The notes under the pieces are model-generated. The model did no database searches and was not told the DNA's origin. It was given only the letters and a program-made list of their open reading frames with translations. 64,000 nucleotides of DNA from Eledone cirrhosa (taxonomy: Eukaryota): assembly GCA_964016885.1 (NCBI GenBank), contig OZ024742.1, positions 246,512,001 to 246,576,000 of the forward strand, in the 5' to 3' direction. Each line of letters starts with the position of its first letter. The stretch's first letter is position 1. Both the position numbers and the translations under genes were made by a program. Positions 40,384 to 55,263 of the stretch are shown here, in pieces.

Positions 40384-41530
40384 AATGCGGAGCGAAAGAA
40401 ACTAGAATGTAATATCAAAATGTGAATAGACAGATAAATATATAGGCAGATAGATAGATGGATATGTAGGGAGGCAGCTTGATGGATTGATAGACAGTTC
40501 GATAGATAGATAGATCGGTCGATAAATAGATTGATCGATGGAAAGTTAGTCACAAGCGACTGACTCTCACACAAACACAAACTCGCAGGGACAACAGTGT
40601 AGGACGAGATGAAGTATAGTATTGAAATTCTTTAGTTGCGTGAGATGCAAAACGTTTAATGCTGTGAACGACGTAAGTGCTATGTATAAAAAAAAACACA
40701 GACATTTTGATTGAAGTTCGACGGAGAAGAAATGCTAAATAAACCGGGCAGTAGCAGCCATCTTGAATCAGCATTCGGAACAACGATTAAATGAGGGGAT
40801 AGTCACTTGAGGTCAGAGATTACAGGATTAGTTTGTTAATCCGTAAAGTCTATGTTGACTGAGTTGAAGTAATACGTGAAATTCTCCCCTCACTACACCT
40901 TCAATAACGACCTCGTCTAATTTGTTATTTGTTAATGTATAAAGCATTTAGTGGAATTGAAAGGAAATTGCGATAGCGAAACGTTAATTCTCCGTTAAGT
41001 GGTTACGTATTTGTGTGTTAGTGGTAGTGGTGGTGGTGGCTGGTTACATATTTGAACATTTGCATGATACACGTATCAAAATCTACGTCACTAAATACGT
41101 TGACAGTCACGATGTTTTCAGACGGTTTAATGGATAAACCATTAGATAGTGGTGGTAGTGGTGGTGGTTGCTGCGGTAGAGGTAGTTGTAGTGGTGGTAT
41201 TGCTGGTGGAAGTGCAGTGGGTGGTGATGTGTAGAGTAGAAGTAAAGGCGGTTGTAGTGATGAAGATGGCGGCGGTGGTTGCTGTGGTTCTTGTGGTAGC
41301 GTTGTTTGTAGTGGTAGTGTTGGTGGAAGTGATGGTGAGAGTGGTTGTAGTTGAAGTGGTAATGGTTGTATTTGTAACTATGATAGTGGTGGTGGTGATG
41401 GTGATGGTTATTGTGGTGGTAGGGGTGGTGAAGTTAGTGGGTGGGGTGGGGTGATGGTAATGATAATAGTGGTAATGATGGTAGCAGTGGTAGTAAGTGT
41501 TGGGTGATGGCGGTAATAGTAGTATTAATA

Positions 41531-41925
41531 ATTGTTTCTACTTTTGGCACAAGGCCAACCATTACCCCCAGTGCATTACTGGTACTTTATTTTATCGACC
41601 CCGAAAGGATGAAAGGCAAAGTTAACCTCGGCGTGATTTGAACTCAGACCGTAAAGGGCCGTAACTCTATGCTGCTAAGCATGGCGTCCGACCCTCCGCC
41701 GATACTGCCAAACCACCGCCTAATAGTAGTATTAATAATTGTTTCTACTTTTGGCACAAGGCCAGCAATTACCCAGTACATTACTGGTACTTTATTTTAT
41801 CGACCCCGTAAGGATGAAAGGCAAAGTTAACCTCGGCGGGATTTGAACTGAGTCCGTAAAGGGACGTAACTGTGCTGCAAAGCATGGCGTCCGACCCTCC
41901 ACCGATACTGCCAATTCACCACCCT
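41531..41925 (-). mobile_element. Two tandem OK-type SINEs
   Basis: Copies at 41531-41722 and 41739-41925. Confidence 0.85.
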
Positions 41926-42431
41926 AATGGTATTAATAATGGTGGAGGGGAGAGGTGTGGATGATGGGGATTGAGGGGAATGGTGGGGTGGAGAGGGATA
42001 GTGGGGTGGCTCTCTCTGATGACCAACAGATTTCTTAAAGTTTAGTATTTCACGGAAAAGTTGAATCACCCTAATATACATACACATACACACACACACA
42101 CATATATATATATATTTATAAATAAGTAATCATATGTTAGCACATATACATACAAACACATACAAATACTTGCATACTTACATATACACATGCATATACA
42201 TGCAACATACATAAACACGTGTACACATAAGGGAATACACATCAACACACATATTTACACATGCATACACATATAAACACATATTTACACATGCGTACAC
42301 ATATACACATGCATATGCAACTTTACGCTATACGTAACTAAACACACAAACATCCATATTATGTATATATATATGATGTATAATGTATATGTATATGTAT
42401 CTCTTTCTCTTTCTTTCTCTCTCTCTTTCTG

Positions 42432-42636
42432 AGTGCAAGACTTCCCCCGGGACAGGACGCCAGTCCATCGCAGGATTAAACCCTCCAGCTATTGCTGGTA
42501 CACATTTTCAGGTGAGTATACTGGAGCAGCATGAAATGAAGTGTTTTGCTCAAGAACACAACACGCAACCAAGGAATCGAACTCACGACATTATGATCGT
42601 AAGTCCAACACCCTTACCACTAGGCCACGTGCCTCC
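42432..42636 (-). mobile_element. tRNA-derived CORE/OR-like SINE
   Basis: Reverse complement: tggcctagtgg A box, gagttcgattcc B box, tgtgttcttgagcaaaacact CORE-like segment. Confidence 0.6.
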
Positions 42637-42669
42637 ACACACACACACACACACACATATATATACACA

Positions 42670-42730
<61 letters not shown>

Positions 42731-42976
42731 TGAAAGGATAAAAAGGACGATTGGTTACTCCTTCATTACATTTATTGGTAGATGACGCGCGTTTCGCCAC
42801 TGATCAGCTCAGGGTTCGATCTGTATCAATCTTACCCGACTCAATAATCGACAGCTCGACGGACCCTTTAAAATGGTATAAGAAAAAATTTTCTAATACC
42901 ATTTTAAAGGGTCCGTCGAGCCGCCCTTTAAAATGGTATAAGAAAATTTTTTATTATACCATTTTAAAGGGTCCGT

Positions 42977-43036
<60 letters not shown>

Positions 43037-43042
<6 letters not shown>

Positions 43043-43632
43043 CTGTGGCTGACATCGTATCCGAGTGTAAACACATAGTCCAGTCTCATTATAAAGAACG
43101 GAAACATGGTATCATAAGAAAAGTGATCCACTGGCATTTATGCAAACAGAATGATTTAGCCCACTCTGATAAGTGGAATCAGCATAAGACAGAGTCGGTG
43201 ATAGAAAACGACGGGATGAAGGTGTTGTGGGATTTCAGGGTAGAAACAGATAAAGAATTAGAACTTGCTTTAACAGATAAAGAAAAAGATCTTGCTTGAT
43301 TATAGATGTAGCACAAGAGTGCGAGAAAAGGAGAGGGTGAAAATTAACCGGTACCAGGATCTAAAGTAGAAACTTAAAAGGATTTGGGACTATCATGAGA
43401 TCAAAATCATTCTCATCGTCATAGGAGCACTAGGTACTGTTTCGAAGAGTTTCCTTCGCTGTCTAAAGACCATCAGCACAGACACCTTTTTTGGAACACT
43501 ATAAAAGGCATGACAAAAGCACGTCTACTGAGAACTGCAAGGTCCTTTTGATACGTCTTGAATATCTAATGTTGTGGGTAGAGGCTTGATGTTCATTAGG
43601 GCAATTTTCCGGTTATCAAATTCAGTAATAAT
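43037..43632 (+). mobile_element. Decayed R4/Dong-type 3' fragment (RLE domain)
   Basis: ETVADIVSEC, VIHWHLC, VLWDF, IIDVA, YQDLK, IVIGALG; short taa tail. Confidence 0.8.
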
Positions 43633-43815
43633 TATTATGATGGATTACTTCACTGAACTTGATGAATTTATGTCGTTTTTACTGAACACCAGCAGATGCA
43701 TCTCTCCTACTTCTGCATCTCGTTCAAATCACTCGTCCCCGTCTAGAATATGCCCTAAATAATCACCACTACAAACCTTCTCCCTAACGACTATCTTCCT
43801 CTATTATTCTTGCAA

Positions 43816-44010
43816 GGGTGGTGGATTGGCAGTATCGGTGGAAGGTCGGACGCCATGCTTTACAGCATAGAGTTATGGCCCCTTTACGATCTGAGTTCAA
43901 ATCCCGCCGAGGTTAGCTTTGCCTTTCATCCTTACGGGATCAATAAAATAAAGAACCAGTAATGTACTGGGGTAATTGCTGGCCTTGTGCTAAACGTAGA
44001 AACAATTATT
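43816..44010 (+). mobile_element. OK-type SINE
   Basis: Family consensus match. Confidence 0.85.
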
Positions 44011-45153
44011 CTTACATTGTCACTCATCATTTCAGCTGTACATTATCAAGATTGATTTCTACATTTTCAAGTCGTATTCCTTCCTTATGAATTCATATTT
44101 CTACATTATCAAGTCATATTTCTACATTATCAAGTCATATTCGTGAATTTTCAAACCATATTTCTACATTATCATGTCACACTCCTACATTATCAAATCC
44201 TATTCCTATATTATCATGTAGATGTCATTCAGATGTTCTACAAGAACAAGCTTGCAGTCACTCCTTCCTCCAACATCTAACTCTCCAAACATTCACTCAC
44301 AACACTCATTATGTCAACAAATACACCAACACATTAACAAACTGGAAGTTGACCCCAATTATCTCCCTTACTCTCTCACCCTCCCCCCTCTCGCTCTCTT
44401 AGAATTATACCAACCTATATATTTCTTCAATTTGGAGAGTAGAAAAGTAGGCTGTAAGCGAAAAAAAAAAGAGAGAAAATGAAAGAAAAAAATCGCCTTT
44501 TAAGGCGAACAAATAGTATTGAAAACAGTATAAATTATTTTCTATTTGAACACAATAACAATTTCTTTATTCAATAATAATCTGTTGTTTGTGCAAAAGA
44601 AAAAAAAAATGAATTAACTATCATAAGATGAAAAAAAATAGAAATAAAAACAAAACCCTATATAATCAATAAATGCGACTAATTCTTTTAAATTTGATAA
44701 CTTAATAGCCCGGGAAAAAATTGGTTTGATTGAATAGCATATTATGTAGAGTTTCTGTGGAATATTGTCTATGATTTCTGTGGAATCACTGGTAGTTTTG
44801 GGTGGAAGCATTGTTTATGATCTGACAACGGTTGAGGCAGAATAACAATAGATTCAACTATTTGTTGGAGTTGAGATTAGCTTTTGGACTGAAGGCCAAA
44901 TAATATTTATTGATTTATCAAATATTATGTATCGATAGTATCCTAGAGCGGAGGTCATATTTATTTATTTATTTTTTTTTTGAGGCAGTTCAGAGGTACA
45001 GTTTCGAAATACCGTTGAATCGAATACACACAACCACACGCAACCACACACACACACACACACACACGCGCCCCTCCCCCCACGCACACTCACACATACG
45101 CACACATGTATATATATATATAAATATATACATACAAATATACATACATATAT

Positions 45154-45199
<46 letters not shown>

Positions 45200-45416
45200 G
45201 TATAATATATATACTGTACCGATTGTGTTATCTCTGTTTACCTTTTACATACACACACATATATATATATATATATATGGAAAGTTATATTTAAATTGTT
45301 GGGTTACAACTAGTAAATATTTATAACTGATATAAAAGCACTCAACAAGTATTTGGAGTATATTTACGATATGTCGGTATGTCAAATCTATTTATCTATA
45401 AAACTGTCTATATTGT

Positions 45417-45480
45417 ATTTTGTCTGAAGAAGGCATAACATATTGTTAATATGATATCCCTGAAATATATATAATGAAAT
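45417..45480 (+). ncRNA. Hammerhead motif (family of 38291)
   Basis: attttgt-CTGAAGA-..catatt/aatatg..-GAAA-tatat-ATA-atgaaat. Confidence 0.65.
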
Positions 45481-45923
45481 AAATATGGTTTTATAAATAT
45501 AGTTTCCATTTATTTAATATCGTATATATATATATGTATATTTACACACACATACACATATATATATATATACATATATATATTTATATGTATATATATA
45601 AATACACACACACCCACACACACACATATATATATATGTTTATATATATATTTAAGAGACGAAGCTTGTCGATTGAAGGACATGGCTTCGGTCGTTTCCC
45701 CACTTACTCAATAACCAATTAAGTTCGTATTATTAAAATTCCAATCCAACAGGTTAGAGTGCACACATATATTAATAAGTGAAAAAGACGACTTCATGTG
45801 GGTAAGGTAGTTAATATACTCTGACGATGCATTAGTTTCTATGGTTCCGATAAGCTGGCAGTGTTCCGAATGGAAAGACCACCATGGCGTGTCACTACCT
45901 TCAGTTGATAATTGCCCGTGACT

Positions 45924-46026
<103 letters not shown>

Positions 46027-46164
46027 GTCAATACTCATCTTTTTCCATTTAACTGAGGGTTCTAAACCCCATTATCAGGCTAAAGTTCCTTTAGTCAAAA
46101 ATACGGTGAAAGCTATTCTATTTTCTAATTTCAAACCTGCTCACTGTTTCAAAACATACTTACT

Positions 46165-46240
<76 letters not shown>

Positions 46241-46245
46241 TAATA

Positions 46246-46328
46246 CAGGCATGTCAAACATGCGGCCCTTTCCAAGCACATCTGCGGCCCGCACGTAGCC
46301 CTCGGGGACCCTCAGTTTGACATGCCTG
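46246..46328. mobile_element. 83-bp hAT-like mini-MITE
   Basis: 14-bp TIR caggcatgtcaaac/gtttgacatgcctg; 8-bp flanks ttgtaata/atgtaatg. Confidence 0.7.
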
Positions 46329-46432
46329 ATGTAATGTATAAATATCACCGTATCACATTAACAATCGGCTTTCCTGGTGAATTCCTTCGAATGAATCAGT
46401 TCTAGTCCTGTAGAAGCCATTTCTATATTAAA

Positions 46433-47172
<740 letters not shown>

Positions 47173-47294
47173 ATAGTAATAAATAGAATATATATCACTA
47201 TAGCATCATTATTTATTTCGTTATATATATTTCAAGGATATCTGTTGTAAACATAACTCTGTTGAATACATATCAACAAAGTTTCTAACTCATT

Positions 47295-47350
<56 letters not shown>

Positions 47351-47818
47351 TGAGAGAGAGAGAGAGTCTACTGTGCGAGATTGAGGAAACCAGTAATCAT
47401 GTGAGTAGTCGATACATGGGGAGATGTAGAGAGGGGTGTAGAGATGTGTAAAATCCCGACTGCGGCGTCACGCGTTTTTGGCTTGTGTGTACACCATGCC
47501 TTTTCAAGGCCGTAGTCATATTTGTAGGGTACGAAAGAATAGGTCTCTGTTCTTGGCAGTACTTTGGTCGAGTTTATAAAGGTAGTAGACTGGAGGAAAT
47601 GGAGGGAGAGACAGTGGTAAGTATATCCAGACAGGTAAGGGTTCAGGAGAAGCAAGTAGTGTGGGTGGGTGTAGGGATGGTTAATAGGTAGGAGTGGAGT
47701 AAGAGAAGGGGCATAATGGTCTTAGGAATAGAGGATGGAGGAGTGGGGTTATTTACAGATGGGGCTTATAGGCTGGAAGGATATTTCTAAGTGAAAAGTT
47801 AATAGTAAAAAGTGGGAC

Positions 47819-47945
47819 CATAGGCGCTGAGCTGGCCAGCCGCAGGTGAGGGCCTCGCGAGATGGAATGGATCTTCCAGCGCATCTCCCTTACCATCCTC
47901 CGGGGAAACGCCTTCTCCATTCTGTCAGCCGGGGCTGTGGAGCGG
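47819..47945 (+). mobile_element. CRE-clade LINE C-terminal remnant
   Basis: IGAELASRR*GPREMEWIFQRISLTILRGNAFSIL resembles the FQRLS..IQRGNA terminal motif. Confidence 0.7.
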
Positions 47946-48603
47946 CCAGCACGTGGGACCCCATTTGCTCACAATACAGAGAGATGGGGAGGGCGAGAGA
48001 GATGGAGGTAATGACAGAGGGAGTTTGGTTCTTCCGTGTTCCGACACATTGCACCTGTCATGTGGCTCATGTTACTACTACACTCCTTCCACCCAAAGAT
48101 ATGATTATAAATAATGGTATCCCTTTATATATAATTATAAATGATGTTATAAACATCATTCACTCTGTTGTAATAGAAGTTATTATTTTCTAAAAAGCAG
48201 GTTCATATACACACTTAAATATCTATAGAATTTCATACAGTAAAAAGTGGGTTATATAAAAGTGAAGAATTAACAGTAAAAAGTGGATTATATAGAAGTA
48301 AATTAGCAGATGGTTAAATAAAGAAGCGAGTAGAAACAAATAAAATCAGGTGAAATATCGGGGTTTAAAAATAGGTAGAGTGAATTATATAGTGGTGAAG
48401 TGTATCTACTATATGTATGCATACTGTATACATAGAGACACACATAACAGTATAATGGGGAGTTTTTGAAGATTTTGCATGAGAATACATAAATAAAAGA
48501 GTCAGATATCTAATCTATAATAAAGTAAGAAGCGCGGGACTGCGTACGGTTTATAATTTTTTATCCTATTAGTAAAATAAGTTGGATTACTTTGAAAAAC
48601 GAA

Positions 48604-48786
48604 TTGTTTCTAATTTTGGCACAAGGCCAGCAATTACCCAATGCATTACTGGTACTTTATTTTATCGACCCCGTATGGATGAAAGGCAAAGTTAACCTCG
48701 GCGGGATTTGAACTCAGACCGTAAAGGGCCGTAACTATGATGGAAAGCATGTCATCCGACCCGCTACCGATACTGCCAATTCACCG
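48604..48786 (-). mobile_element. OK-type SINE
   Basis: Family consensus match. Confidence 0.85.
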
Positions 48787-49372
48787 AATGAATGAATATT
48801 ACATAATTTATGTACTAAATTTCGTAGCTGTTCAGTAAATATATTTAATTACTTATTTAAAGATTCACTTCTTTAACATTTTCAAATGTCAACACTTCCG
48901 CTTAGCGATCGTTTACATAAATATTCATATATTTCTGTCACTAATTTTCTCATAATGCAGTTTATATATAATATCGTCTTTCTTTAATGTATCATGGATT
49001 ACGTTACTGATTACATAAGACAGTGTAACAGTCTTCGTTCAATTTCTGTGTATATTGTCAATTACGATTTTATTTGATGTATCATATCTACATGATTATA
49101 TACTTGCGTATAATATCAATATACACACTACACATGCTAGCAGAAAAGTGGTTTTACAGGTAGTTTCTTTAATGGGAGGAGTGGGGGTGAAGTGAGAATT
49201 TAGATACCAGATAAATGAATAGGTGCAAGGAGTACACTAACAGGAAATAGGCGCATTCGAGTATGCACACATACATACCCATTCACATAAAAGCATGTAC
49301 ACAACCGGACAAGCGCGTTCACCTGCCCGCAAGTGTGCATGCGTGCAGAGTCGTATGCAGAAACATACATAT

Positions 49373-49452
<80 letters not shown>

Positions 49453-49459
49453 ATATGTA

Positions 49460-49510
<51 letters not shown>

Positions 49511-49514
<4 letters not shown>

Positions 49515-49612
49515 GGCTTCTACAGGACTAGAACTGTTTCCTTTGGGAGAAATCATCAGAGCTTCCTGATGATTTCTCTCGAATGAAACAGTTTTAGTCC
49601 TGTACAAGCCAT
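49511..49612. ncRNA. Back-to-back (divergent) pair of hammerhead motifs forming a palindrome
   Basis: CTGATGA..GAAACAG..CTGTA on both strands around gagcttc. Confidence 0.7.
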
Positions 49613-49725
49613 TTCTATATTATATATTAAATATTTATACTCTGCTATGTATTCAGTACCTTACTTACTGTGGTTACCTTCGATTGAACCCTGGATAAAC
49701 TTATATATATATATATACACACACA

Positions 49726-49840
<115 letters not shown>

Positions 49841-49843
49841 ACA

Positions 49844-49971
<128 letters not shown>

Positions 49972-50891
49972 CATATAACTACACACATGAACATCCGTAC
50001 ACCATCATACTTGCGCACACACAGGGCTATGCATGTTCCGAAGAGGAGAGAAGGGGTGGTGGAATTGTCTGCACCCATGCTCCTACATAGGCTCATGTAT
50101 GTCCAATTGAGGAGGGGTTAGGATTGTGTACCTTCATGTAGCATAATCGTTCCCACAGTTCTACCCTCAATCAAAGCTGTTACCCTACCTACATATACCA
50201 AAGTTATACCCCCAATCAAACTAGTTACCCTACCTACACCCACAGTTATACCCTCAGTCACATCAGATACCGACCTTGCTTCATATTTATGCCCTTAATA
50301 ACATCAATTAGCCGAGACTTATATACTTGTAATGAAATCAGTTACCCTACCTTGCCCCACAACAGATATTGACAGTCAAACTCTCAATCACATTAAGTAT
50401 CCTGCATATCAATTAGTTATTGAACTAGCCTTATGTGAAGAAATTATCGAACTGCATCACGCATCTAAATATGTTTTGCAGGTCAAATCAATAATTTTTA
50501 GAACTAAAATTATATAAAAAAAAAAAAATTAATTGCATTAGGGTTTTATAATGGTGTTGTATATTAATTCGCTGAAGAGGCCTAGTAGGACCTGAACATA
50601 TACAGAGATTTTACTTCTGTCTGCAAAAAGCAAAAAAAAAAGAACCCCCCCCTCACTCCACCAAACCCCCCAGACATTGCTTTTCCCAATTTTAATTAAT
50701 TGAAATTTCGGTGCATCAGCCTATTTCAAAGAAAAGAAATATTTCTTTCTCTGATTTTGATTTGTCATATATACCTTTGTTTGGTTGATTTATACATTCT
50801 TCACTACATAGATATATTATCGATTAATTAAACTCTGCTGACTTGCCATCAATCTTAATTGTGTTAGCACTTATTTACTTTATGTTTTGTA

Positions 50892-51210
50892 AAGGCGCTT
50901 GGTTTAGTGGTGAGGGTATTCGGCTCACAATCATAGGTTCGTGAGTTTAATTCCAGAGGGAGCATTGTTTTTTTGAGCAAGGCAATTATTTCATGGTGTT
51001 CCAGTCCACTCGGCTAGCTCAAATGAGTTGTAATTTGAAGAGTCAGCCTTGTCACATTCTGTGTCACACTGAATCTCCATAAGAACTACATAAAAGTATG
51101 CGTGTCTCTGGAATGCTTAACCACATACACGTTAATTTCACGAGCAGGCTGTTCTATTGATCATATCAACTGGAATACACATCGTCGTAACCGACGAAGT
51201 GCCAGTTTCA
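50892..51210 (+). mobile_element. Diverged tRNA-derived SINE (OR/CORE-like)
   Basis: tggtttagtgg A box, gagtttaattcc B box, ttgagcaaggca. Confidence 0.55.
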
Positions 51211-51899
51211 GTTTAATGTTTTAAATATTTTGTCTCATTCTTCGCATGGCTTATAGATTTTCTTTAATGGTTTATAAATCTTTTATGACTTATCAAATTT
51301 TATGGTCTTTAAATCGGGTTTTTATTGTCTCAAATTGATTTTATATCTTATAGATTGTTTCAGCATGCCTTTTAGTCAGTTTTTCACATGGGAATCTGTC
51401 TATACAGGGGTTTAGTGTTTTTCTTGAAGAAAATATTAAAAGATACGTTGTCATCAATAGAATGTTCTAATATCTGTGAAGTTTCCCTCTCTTCCTGATT
51501 TAGGCACAAGGACAACAATTTTGGGTGAGGGGAAAGTCGATTAAATCGACTCCAGTGCATTACTGGTACTTTATTTTATCCTCCCCCCGCGAGAAGGAAA
51601 GGCAAAGCTAACCTCGGATAAGTGAAAGAATAATTCATTATATTTTAAAATACAGTAATTCTGTAGATTTTTCAATTTCTAACTTGTCTATTGACATTAG
51701 GTGTAGAAATAATAATTTTGAATAAATATCTTCTTAGTCAGACCCATTCCAGTTCCTTACCAATTATATTTCTCTCACTATTTATATTTAAAGCAGCGAA
51801 TTGGCAGAGTCGTTAGAGTCTTATGCAAAATACGCTTGCGGTGTATGTTCCAGCACCTGGTGGTGGACTGGCGGAATTTTTAGAATGTTGGCCAATGTC

Positions 51900-52320
51900 T
51901 TGCCAGAGTAATTTGGTAGATGGAAACGGTACGGAATATCAACATAGGCAGAGTCAACGGCCATCCAAATAGTACTTTTTTTTCACCTGGGAGTGAAAGG
52001 CCCCCAGTTGTTGTCACAACACCTTTCTAGGAGAGGGAAACGCTGAAAAAAAAAACCCTACGGCTTAGGAAGCATCCGATGATGTTGACCAGTTCTCCTT
52101 TTCGGGTAGTGTTTTCAATGCTCAGAGAGTGGGATTGGTCGAGTGCAAGGCCTTTCCCCATTTAAAAAACCTTCTAAGCACAGGCATTACTTGTTCAGGA
52201 TATGGTACAGGTTCGTGTGGCTGGCCATAGCCTAAAAGTGCACCAAACTCTATAATATGACAAGCCATTGAAATACTCTTAGCAGAGTTTGCAGCCATCA
52301 TGTATGAAGGTATGTATGTT
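51900..52320 (+). mobile_element. Second RTE-like non-autonomous derivative
   Basis: Shares gatgttgac, agagagtggga, cacaggcatt and the gcagcca+(tatg)n end with 46433-47064. Confidence 0.5.
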
Positions 52321-52934
52321 CTTCTGGTTTTATAATTTCACAACATTTTGGCCAATAGAGAGAGAGTCGGTTTCTAACATAGACACAAGACTCTCTCATA
52401 GGAATTTACACAACATCAACTAGGTAGATATGTATGCATGTCTGCATGCATGTGTGTGCATGTATGGATGTTATTGTATGTGTGGATGTGTATGTTTTGA
52501 GTTGTATGGGTGCATGTGCATGCGCTTTGTATCTGTACATTTGTATATGCAGTTATTAGATGAAAACTGTTTGGAATGTTTTACATATCTTTACTGTTCC
52601 ATTAATGGATTGTACCTGTAATTTCGTAACTAGTCATGTTCTTTCTGTTTCTGTGAAGCCCAGCTTCTCAAGATTTGTATTGAGGCAGTTAGTAACATAT
52701 CGCAGTGTCCCGATAATCACAGGCATACATCTGAGGTTATAGTCTGGGTGGAGTATCTGCAGATTTCTCATTAGTTCTGCATAAATATTCTCCTTTTCGC
52801 TCTTTTATAAATGTATGTATGTAAGTATGTATGTATGTATGTATGTATGTATGTATGTATGTATGTATGTATGTATGTATGTATTATGTATGTATGTTTG
52901 TATGTATGTATGTATGTTTGTGTGTATGTATATA

Positions 52935-53133
52935 TAATACTTATAAAAAGTTTGTTTGTACGTTGACCGCTAATAACACTAAATAAAATTGGTAATAAGG
53001 TTTTTCGTGTGTTTTCAACTAATCTGACTCCCCATATGCGCGTTACTGAAAACGGAATTGGTAGGGGAGGCGAAGTGGAGAAATTTTACTGCTCTTTCTA
53101 GCACAGTAACTGCGTGGCAGTTACTCTTGCTGG
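52935..53133 (+). mobile_element. Possible short Helitron remnant
   Basis: 3' hairpin agtaactgc/gcagttact followed by CTGG|T; 5' end uncertain. Confidence 0.4.
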
Positions 53134-53253
53134 TTTATACATTCATATAATTTCTCTCTATCTCGCTTAATGTCTCTCTATCTGTATATGTATCTCTCAC
53201 TCTGTCTGTTTGCCTATCTGTATATATGTATGTCTCTCTCTCTCTCTTTCCCT

Positions 53254-53352
<99 letters not shown>

Positions 53353-53437
53353 ATATGTATATATATATTTAGTATTAGTACAGATTAAAGTTTTCCTTAT
53401 AGAGCTCTCTTTGGATTTTGGTTTTTGTACTTATTAT

Positions 53438-53502
<65 letters not shown>

Positions 53503-53780
53503 TAAGTATGTATACTATAATTTCGTGAGAAATGAAATTTCGTTTCAGTTTTTCCATTTATATATATATATATATAGTATTAGTTATACTATTTATGGTT
53601 ATGTAAACACAAAACCTTAAGCAGTTGTAAGTATTTTACACACACCCTAAATAGTGGTAGGCAGTAATGTATTACTACCTTATTACCAGTAAGTTAAGTA
53701 GCTCAATGTAAAAACATCAGATGATTTACAGAGCAGTTATATGAAATATAAGAATCAAAGAACTGTTCAAAACATTATTG

Positions 53781-53827
53781 TGCTTACAGCTGTTTCCTCC
53801 AAGCCGAGGTTTGGATTCTTCGGAGCA
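53781..53827 (-). ncRNA. Hammerhead ribozyme (CCGAAGA core) downstream of the Neptune ORF remnant
   Basis: tgct-CCGAAGA-(tccaaacc/ggcttgga)-GAAAC-agct-GTA-agca. Confidence 0.72.
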
Positions 53828-55263
53828 ATTTATTAATGCATGGACAGTTATATGACCTCCTTTTCAGCCGAGAGACATACCAATACATATTCAAACATTG
53901 ATATATATTCAAACATTGTGGGTCAACATTCATTACAGAATTTAGAGTGGCAGTACACACTTCGAGATTACATTTATATTAATAGGTACAATCAAAAGTC
54001 AAAGATATAGGTTAAAGTACAACATGAAGATAAGTGGTTATATAGTGCAAATGTGTGGCACGCATGTGCGTCTTGTTTATATAGTGTGGCAGAGAGATAT
54101 GTGTGGTAGAGGCACTTAGGTAGGTAAATAAGAGTGTTAGGTTGGTAGATCTGGTGGCAAAGTCTTTATATGATTGATATAGTCTGTGTGTGGAGAAATA
54201 TTATAAGCATTAAAGATAGTGCAAGCATTAAAAGTGTTATAAGTATTGGAGATGCACAGCGCAGGGATGTCAAGTAATTCATGTACTTCGGCATTTTCAT
54301 GGTCAAGGGAGTGTATATTTCGATTATATGCCTTTCACATAATCCACGACAATCCAGTTAGAGATCGTAGTCTGGTGTTCTTTAGTTCGATACAGGAGGT
54401 TGTTACGTTTCGAGAAACGCCATTGAATACCGGAAGTGTGTGTGTGGCTAAGGGGAGTTAATGCATGCGGGGAGGTAACTCTGGGGTTTCCATATCTAGC
54501 CATTAAAATGTGTCCCAATATAGACCCTAAATTCTATGGTGAGGTGCACCTTCTAAGAGAGACTTTTAAAGCATAAAGTGTACTAACTATAGAGTAGTTT
54601 AACTAGATTATGCTGAAGGTGATCATATTATTATTAAGGTGGATTAACCCATCTTAAGGTGCTACAAATGGAAATTATAGATGATGAGCGAGGATTCTAA
54701 ATTAATGGTCTCTGTGGTTGTAGTCTGCTCATATGACCAGGCGCGGTGATTGCAGGATTGCTTCAGGACCCAATGATCTCTGGTAAGATCTGGGTCATCG
54801 CTTGCTACATTGGATGTCGAAAGATAATCATCCCCAGGCAGGCCAAAGGTCAATCCGCAGTCCTCGCGACCCCTCTCTGACCGTCAGATCATCCATATAC
54901 GTACAACCCGCACGGCAGTTGCATTGCATTCACTCACTGCGCTCAGCAGCCCGGTCCTACTGGTCAACAGCGCTACTCGATTAAATCATTTTACATCTGT
55001 CTAAGGAAGGTGTTTCCTCTGCCCAACACCATCCAACTGATCAATTCATGCTCAAATTACCCTTAGAGCGGTGTAGTGCCGTCCAAGTGGGTGGATGTTG
55101 TCACACCTGCCGTAGAGGTATAAATGGGTATTTTCCCTGCGAAGGGTTCCAGAGGGATGTCGTTGTTTGTGTTATAATGGATCAGCTAGTGTTGGGTATG
55201 TAGTATAGGGTGTGTCTCTGGTGTTTAATGCTAGATGTGCTGTTAGGTTCCAGTCCGACATTT

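Noticed and set aside
54888-54899. YMDD motif on the minus strand
   Set aside because: No other RT motifs in frame; likely chance
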